64,000 nucleotides of DNA, taken from the NCBI GenBank assembly GCA_965644315.1, contig CBFFRQ010000032.1:310001-374000 (forward strand), written 5' to 3'. Both the position numbers and the translations under genes were made by a program. Below the pieces are notes generated by a model. That model saw nothing but the letters and a program-made list of their open reading frames with translations, did not search any database and was not told the DNA's origin. This stretch comes from Caecitellus pseudoparvulus. Lineage: Eukaryota; Protista; Bigyra: Bicosoecida. Shown here in pieces: positions 59,401-64,000 of this stretch (positions are counted from its first letter, which is position 1; each line of letters starts with the position of its first letter).

Positions 59401-62400
59401 GTGAACGCAGCATATGCAGACCTAGACGAGCTGTACGCGCACCTGTTGACTCTGCGGCGTGAGGCCCGCCGGTTAGCCGTGCTGGAAGCTGTCATGCGAA
59501 CGCCAGCCTCCGGGGGGCGGGGTGGGCGCACCCAGCCATCCGGCTCCGCCTCAGTAGCCTCCCTGCCCACCGTGGCTACAGAGACCTCTGGCAGAGAAGC
59601 ATCCACCTTGGCGGATGATGGAGGCGTGGCGTCTCCATCCCGCGGCGGTCGGCGAGCTGGCTCTGCAGTCGCCACGCTGGCAGTGGTTGATGAGGTGCAT
59701 GAGCAACTTGTCATGCTCAAGGCAGCGTGGGACGCAGTGGGCATGGTGCACAGCACCTTCACTTCGTGGAGGCAGATCCCATGGAAGGACGTAAACGCCG
59801 AGGCCCTGGGGGATGCCTGCAAGGGGCTGCAGACCGCTCTGGCTGCATTTCCTCCCGTGGCACGGGGCTGGCCCCTGCATCGGTGGGCAGCAGACCAGTG
59901 TAGTCAAATGGCGGGCTTGCTGCCCCTCGTGCAGGACCTACGCTCACCGGCAGTGCGCCCTCGGCACTGGGCCTTCCTCATGCGCCTGACAGGAGCTGCC
60001 GTGGGGCAGGGAGATGTCGCTGCGGCGGAGGGGACGGGGGGTGGCGAAGGGGGTATGCTGGGACCTGGCTTCCGCCTTGGCGACGTCCTGGACATGCGCC
60101 TGCACACGGCTGCCGAGGCGGTGAGCGAGGTGGTGGAGCAGGCAGCTGCAGAGGGCAAGGTGGAGCGGCGCCTGGCCAAGGTAGAGATGACGTGGAACGC
60201 CGCCCTGCTGACGTTCGTGCCGTACGCTAGCGGGCGCAACCAAGGCGAGGAGCAGCTGTACTGGTTGTCGTCCCCTGACAGCCTGCTGGATGATGTGGAC
60301 GAACACCTCATGGTGCTGCAGTCCACCCTAGCCTCAGTCTCAGCCGCTGCAGAGGACACAGACTCCAGCACAGAGGTGGGCCGGTGGACGGCTGACTTCA
60401 AGCAGCGTTTGGAGCGGTGGCTGAGCATGCTGGGGGACATCGATGCCACCCTTCGCCTGTGGGTGGACGTGCAGCGCCTGTGGAGCAGCATGGAGGGCAT
60501 CTTCCTGGGCAGCGCAGATGTGCGCTCTGCCCTGCCAGAAGACATCAAGCGCTTCGAGGTGGCTGATGCAGAGTTCAAAGAGCTGCTGCGAGAAGGCGCG
60601 GATGAGAGCCGGGTCGTCGTGGCGTGCGTGGGGCAGGCCCGCATCGACCACTTGCAAGGCCTGCATGAGGCGCTGGAGGTGTGCCAACGTGCACTGAGCG
60701 AGTACTTGGAGTTGAAGAAGAAGGCCTTTCCCCGCTTTTACTTCGTCTCCGACGCAGCCTTGCTGGACATGCTCGCACACGGCACAAACCCCCCCCGCGT
60801 CGCAGAACACATCGGGGACTGTTTCCCCGGTGTCAGCCGCCTGCAGTTGGAGGTGTCCACAGCAGCGGCTCGAGAGGCTGCCCGTGATGCAGCCGCCGCA
60901 CGGGCAGCCACTGGCAAGGCTGAAGCGCCTCCCAGCGTGGTTCCCGACGAAGCCCTGGCTGTGGTGGCGAGTGATGGGGAGGTGCTGCCGTTTCTACAGC
61001 CAGCTGACGTGCGCCAGGCGGTGGAAGTGTGGCTGGCCGGCCTGGAAGACAGCATGCGGGAGGCCATGATGTCCGCTCTAGGTGACGCCCTGGAAGGTGC
61101 CGCACTGTGGAGCACCGAGCAGCCCAGGGAGCGGTGGGTGCACGAGCACCTCAGCCAACCTGGGCTGCTGGCAAGCTTGGTCATGTGGACGGAAGAGACG
61201 GAGGCGGCTCTGGAAGAGTTGGAGGGGGGCATCGAGGAGGCCCTGCCGCAGCATGAAGCACGCTGCAGTAGCCGCCTGCAAGCCCTCGTGCGGGAGGTGC
61301 TGTCCCCCTCCCTCAGTGCGGCCGCACGGCGAAAGCTCGTGACCATGATCACCATAGACGTGCACTCTCGCGACGTTGTCACGTCGCTCATTGAGAACGG
61401 CGTCAGCAGCACGTCCGACTTCGATTGGAAGGCGCAGCTGCGGTTCTACCACCACCCCACCAGCGCTCCCATCCGGTCAGGGCCGGTTTCCCTTGCAGGG
61501 CAGACCTGTGCCCGCATCTCAGATTTCCGCACGGCAGTGTGCCACGAGTTCCTAGGTAACGCGGGGCGCCTGGTCATTACTCCCCTCACAGACAGGTGCT
61601 ACATCACCCTGGCCACGGCATTGACACTGTATTTGGGCGGGGCTCCTGCCGGGCCAGCTGGCACGGGCAAGACGGAGACTGTGAAGGACTTGGGCAAGGC
61701 GCTGGGCATCCCCGTGTACGTCTTTAACTGCTCAGACCAGATGACCCACCGGACTCTGGCGGACATCTTCAAGGGCCTGGCACAGACAGGGGCATGGGGC
61801 TGCTTCGACGAGTTCAACCGCATTCACGTGTCTGTGCTGTCCGTCGTGGCCACACAGGTGTCCACCCTGCTGGGCGCCACTCGCCTGCTGCTTGGGGGCA
61901 AGTTGGCCTTGCACTCCCCGGCAGACGCCAGCGTTGAAGTGGGAGGTGGCGTGCAGGGGCCTCACGAGACACAGGTCGTGGATGCAGATACGCAGGTGTG
62001 GCGGGCGTTGGGCCGCTTGCCGCGCTCGCTGGGCGACTTTGACTTTGAAGGCGACACGATTCGACTGGTGCCGACAACGGGCGTGTTCATCACTATGAAC
62101 CCCGGCTACGCAGGCCGCACTGAGCTGCCTGAGAACTTGAAGGCACTCTTCCGCTCCTGTGCCATGATTGTACCCGATATGGCCCTCATCTGCGAGAACA
62201 TGATGTTCGCCTATGGCTTCTCAGCTGCCCGCTCCCTGTCTGTCAAGTTCGTGACCCTGTACTCCCTTTCCAAGGAGCTCCTCTCGCCGCAGGCTCACTA
62301 CGATTGGGGCTTGCGGGCTGCAAAAGCGGTACTCATGGTGGCTGGGCGCCTGAAGCAGGGACAGGTCACGCCTGCGGATGAGGGTGGCCCTGTTGGCGGC

Positions 62401-64000
62401 CTGCTGCCCATCGCTTCCCCCCTGGCCAAGCTCGGGCGCAAGCAAGAAGGGCGAGCTGCCGAGGAGGCCCTGCTGCTTCGGGCGCTGCGGGACTTTAACA
62501 TGCCGAAAATCGTCCCTGCAGACGCCCCCATATTCTTGCGACTGGTGTCCGATGTCTTCCCAGGCGTGGACGTACCGACGGAGGTGGACGATGACCTGCG
62601 CTCGACGGCAGCTGCCGTGTGCAAAGCGCAGGGTCTGCAGCCCGAAGAAAGCTTCCTGGCCAAAGTGGAGCAGCTGCAGCAACTCATGGAAGTGCGGCAC
62701 TCAGTCATGCTGCTGGGCGGAGCCGGCACTGGCAAGTCCACTGTGTGGGCCACCCTTGCCGCGGCCCTCAACGTCGCTGCAGGGCATGAGGCAGTGGCGG
62801 CGGCGCGACAGGCAGCTGCAGAAGCTACTGTGGAGGCAGCGGCAGACGGGGTGCCAGGCGAGGCAGACCCTGATGCATGGCATGAACACCTCTCGCAGGA
62901 TGTGCGTGTAGAAGGCGGCTTGCCCACTCGACGAGTCGTCGGGTTCGAGGTGGTCAACCCAAAGGCCGTCACTCCCCAGGAGCTGTATGGACAGACGTCG
63001 TTGACAAAAGAGTGGCAGGACGGCGTCCTGTCCGTCATCTTTCGGAACATGGCTGAGGAGGAGACGCCGTACGGGCCTAACCTGCAGCACCGGTGGATCG
63101 TGCTGGACGGTGACATTGATGCCATGTGGATCGAGAGCATGAACACCGTCATGGACGACAACAAGACCCTTACCCTCGTCTCCAACGAGCGCATCCCGCT
63201 CACCGACTCCATGCGCTTGGTGTTCGAGATGGATTCCCTCCGCAACGCGACACCCGCCACCGTGTCAAGGGCAGGCATCATTCACCTGCATGAAGGCACT
63301 GTCGGGTGGAGGGCCATGGTGGAGTCGTGGGTGGCCGACCGCCCCCTCACGCACGAAGAACGCTCCGTGCTGCTCAGCTTGTTCGAAGAGTACGTGGAGC
63401 GTATTTTGGGCATCCTGGACATTGGCAGCCTCAAACACGTGGCTCCACAAACCCCATTGTCCATGGTGGCATGTCACTGCTCTATCTTAGGCGGGCTGCT
63501 GGATGATCCAGCTTGTGCCACTGGCTCCGTTCGCATGCGCCTTGGGCGAGGCGACAGCTTCGGACCTGGCACCGTGGGTTTGGCGTCACTGCCACCGTCG
63601 GGCGGCCTCGCTAGCCCCTCGCCAGGCACCGAAGATGCAATCACAACAGTGCTGACGCACACCCGGGAGATGCTGGAAGCCCTGTTCTTCTTCTCTGCAG
63701 TCTGGGCTTTCGGAGGCGCTGTCGGGAACGAGCTGGCTGCATCGGTGGAAGGCGGGGGTGCTAGTGGTGTCCGACGAGGTGCTGGTGCCAACAACGGCCG
63801 CGCCCGCTTCAGCAAAATGTTCAAGAGCCTCACCAAGGCGTCCAGCGTGCAGTTCCCGCAGGAGGAGCGGGAGGGCACGTCTGTCTTTGACTTCTGGTTC
63901 ACGGCCACGCACCCTGGTGCAGGCGGCTCTGAGGCAGGTTCGGGCCGCGGTGACCGGCCAGCTCTTTTGGAGGGTGGCGGTTCCACCTTCACGGCAGGGG
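53455..64000 (+). CDS. Axonemal dynein heavy chain, outer-arm beta-like (DNAH9/11/17 class); tail, linker, AAA1-AAA2, truncated by window edge
   Basis: Frame +1 is open from 53740 to 64000, so it is absent from the ORF track. Motifs PGPLLEVAYW, KKKAFPRFYFVS, RLVITPLTDRCY, GPAGTGKTETVKDL (61651), CFDEFNRI, FITMNPGYAGRTELPENLKALFR, HYDWGLR, RHSVMLLGGAGTGKS (62695), WIVLDGDID..WIESMNTVMDDNK. Proposed ATG 53455 with intron 53692-53838. Confidence 0.95.
53692..53838 (+). other. Intron (147 nt, GTGAGT...CTAAC...TTGCGCAG), dynein heavy chain
   Basis: Contains the in-frame TGA at 53737-53739 and a CTAAC branch-like site near 53807; phase 0. Confidence 0.75.

Noticed and set aside
1-64000. Endogenous virophage/Polinton, transposon or bacterial insert
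   Set aside because: No AT-rich block, terminal inverted repeats, integrase, transposase, RT or capsid-like ORF seen. Nearly all sequence is explained by host-type genes.

Overview
GC-rich, gene-dense eukaryotic genomic DNA from a flagellated protist. A heterotrophic stramenopile such as a bicosoecid is plausible, but that is inference only. I can support 13 protein-coding genes, separated by about 70-1,200 nt. Their short GT-AG introns sit almost only near the 5' ends. In order: TELO2/Tel2 (minus, runs off the left edge, missing from the ORF track); a ~6,650-aa BIRC6-type E2/E3 hybrid with no BIR domain; a Tudor-domain protein; an FN3/coiled-coil protein; an OSCA/TMEM63-like channel; serine racemase; an S28 serine peptidase; PNGase; an ABC1/ADCK1 kinase; a leishmanolysin-CAP-mucin-stalk-TM surface protein; a pseudokinase/ankyrin-like protein; a CBM48-PFK2/FBPase2; and an outer-arm beta-type axonemal dynein heavy chain (plus, runs off the right edge, missing from the ORF track). 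I recognised no rRNA, tRNA, CRISPR, transposase or viral insert. The main novelty candidates are unusual domain architectures, and an in-frame BIRC6-like/TELO2 pair separated by a single TGA. All domain calls are by-eye motif recognition, not database searches.
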